Positions 62,023 through 64,000 of a DNA stretch of 64,000 nt are shown here, piece after piece. The notes below the pieces were generated by a model. It made no database searches and had not been told where the DNA came from. It worked only from the letters and a program-made list of their open reading frames with translations. How positions within the stretch are numbered: the first letter of the stretch is position 1; each line of letters starts with the position of its first letter. The position numbers were made by a program, and so were the translations under genes. Source of the stretch: Utricularia gibba. Taxonomy: Eukaryota > Plantae > Magnoliophyta. Where the stretch lies: positions 992,001 through 1,056,000 of the forward strand of contig NEEC01000012.1 in assembly GCA_002189035.1 (NCBI GenBank). Direction: 5' to 3'.

Positions 62023-63623
62023 ATGGCGGTGGAGGAAGAGAAGAAGCTCCACGCCATCGTCATCGCACCTCCATACCAAGGCCACATCAATCCCATGACC
62101 AATCTAGCACTCAAGTTCGCTTCCAATGGAATTGTAGTTACCTTTGTCCACTTTCATCATATTCACCACAAACTCTTAGCAAGTCACGGCGGGGCAGATG
62201 CCGATCCTTTCTCCCACGCACGGGAATCGGGCCTCGATATTCGTTACGAAACGGTAAGTGATGGGTTTTCTTTGGAATTTGACAGGGAGGCGCATTTGGA
62301 GGATTACACGCGAGGGCAAATTGAACGATTCCCACGCATTATAGATGCGTTGGTGAAGAGGAAGATGACCGAATTCGATTCGGTTTCGAATTGGGTCAAT
62401 TTTTTGGTCTACGATACTTTCCACTTTTGGAATATAGACATCGCCCAGAAATACAAAATCGTCAACGTCTCGGTGTGGACTGCACCAGCGCTTGTGTTTT
62501 ACTTGATTTGCAACTTAAAGCTTCTTCGAGAAAACCACCATTTTCCTTGCAAAGGTACTTTACTTCTACGCTTCTTTTGATCCCTTTATGCATCAATTTC
62601 ATTTGTTTCGTTCTTTCTTCAAACTTTCTGGCATTGTTGTTTATGTGACATGTTTACAAGCAGAGGATGTTGATGAAGAGATAAGATATATCCCAGGAAT
62701 CCCTTCGATCAATACGAGGGATTTGAGGATGTTTGTCAGAGAAACATCAGGAGCCGTTGCGTCGCTTGCTTCACAAGCTTTTGAACAAGTGTACAAGGCT
62801 GATTTCATTCTACACAATACGGTGGAAGAGTTAGAATCCCAAGTTCTCTCAAAACTCAATGAGCATCAGCTAAACTTCGCCATTGGCCCACTAAATTTTG
62901 TTGAGGATTTACTTTCATGGCAACCAATTAAGAAAAGTCTGTGGCCGGAGTTCAACTGCAGCCTGTGGCTCAGCTCCAAGCAACCTGGCTCGGTTCTATA
63001 CGTGTCGTTTGGAAGTTTCGTTCATTTGAGCAATGAGACTATTGATGAGATAGCTCACGGCCTTCTTCTCTCTCAAGTGAACTTTATTTGGGTTCTTAGG
63101 ACAGGCATTTCCAAAGATAGGAGTACTCTCAATTTGCCTGTGGGAATGGAGAAGATGAATGACAAAGGGATGGTAAGTTGAGGATTTGGTTTTTGTCTAA
63201 TCGTTGACCACAGAGTTGATAAGTCATATTTTTGATGAACAGGTGATCCCATGGTGTAATCAGATCGAGGTTCTTTCACATCCTGCAGTGGGAGGATTCA
63301 TGACACACAACGGATGGAATTCGACGATCGAGAGCATCTGGTTCGGGGTTCCAATGATCTGTTTCCCTTGCATGAGTGATCAAGTCACTAACAGGAAGCT
63401 GGTAGTTGAAGATTGGAGTATCGGGCTGGATCTCTGCGATGGCAAGTTTGTGGATAGAAGGGAAGTTGCAGAGAAGATCAAGAGGCTGTTTGCGAGCAAT
63501 GAATTGAAGCAGAAGGCAAAAGATGTGAAAGAGATCGTGCGTGGTGCTTTTCAGGTCGGCGGTACTTCCCACCGGAACTTCGAACAGTTTATGAACAAGT
63601 TGAAGCACAAATGTTCATCTTGA
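62023..63623 (+). CDS. UGT86A-like: UDP-glycosyltransferase, group K/UGT86-like, copy 2 (exons 62023-62554, 62664-63172, 63243-63623; 473 aa)
   Basis: Same exon structure and motifs as copy 1; open 1422-nt spliced frame; 6-nt shorter in exon 2. Confidence 0.93.
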
Positions 63624-64000
63624 ATTTACAAATGAAGTTTGGCTATTTAATTGAATGTCTCACTCATCCTGTGTTTTTAATGCTGTCAAAAGCATTGGAC
63701 TACTCTAAAACACGCTTGGAGTTTGGTTATTGGATGAAAAGTATGATCCCCGGCCACAATTTGAATGCTCTTTGTCTTGAATGAAATGCATCTTGTTGAG
63801 ATGTCTGCCGTCCGTTTTCTGTAGCTTCTTGGAACCGTACAACTGGACCAGCATTATTATCCACCGACAGCGGCTGATGCAGAGCTGAGCACATGCATGT
63901 TTCTCATCCACATTTTATTAGTGACTACGCATCTGCCTTGTGCTGCATTTATAGTCGATGTTGCATGCTCGCTAACCGACTAACACTCTATCCGCCGTGA

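Overview
AT-rich plant (angiosperm) nuclear DNA that is mostly transposon debris. The only intact host genes are two near-identical UDP-glycosyltransferases (UGT86/group K-like; 32039-33646 and 62023-63623) about 30 kb apart. 1-14.7 kb is a three-level nest: a decayed Ty1/copia element split by a Tat-type Ty3/gypsy element (5-bp TSD ATCAG) and by a 1.5-kb solo LTR, with a deleted solo LTR of that same family inside the gypsy protease. 20.2-28.2 kb is a Mutator-like element (MULE) with long TIRs, inverted ~75-bp subterminal arrays, a decayed MuDRA transposase and a second, divergently oriented, five-exon gene with a NIF/FCP1-like HAD phosphatase domain that is intact except for one stop. An older relic of the same gene type lies at ~43.2-43.6 kb. 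The rest holds PIF/Harbinger, hAT and Athila-like remnants and solo LTRs. The most unusual observations: (i) the MULE-borne NIF/FCP1-like gene; (ii) a 288-bp insert in the gypsy 5' LTR holding two contiguous 18S rRNA pieces in swapped order around an unknown open frame, as expected from a re-integrated small DNA circle; (iii) a 538-nt perfectly identical tract between the UGT paralogs, whose acceptor-binding half has diverged. All assignments come from reading and translating by eye plus motif recall; no database searches were run, and some boundaries are approximate.
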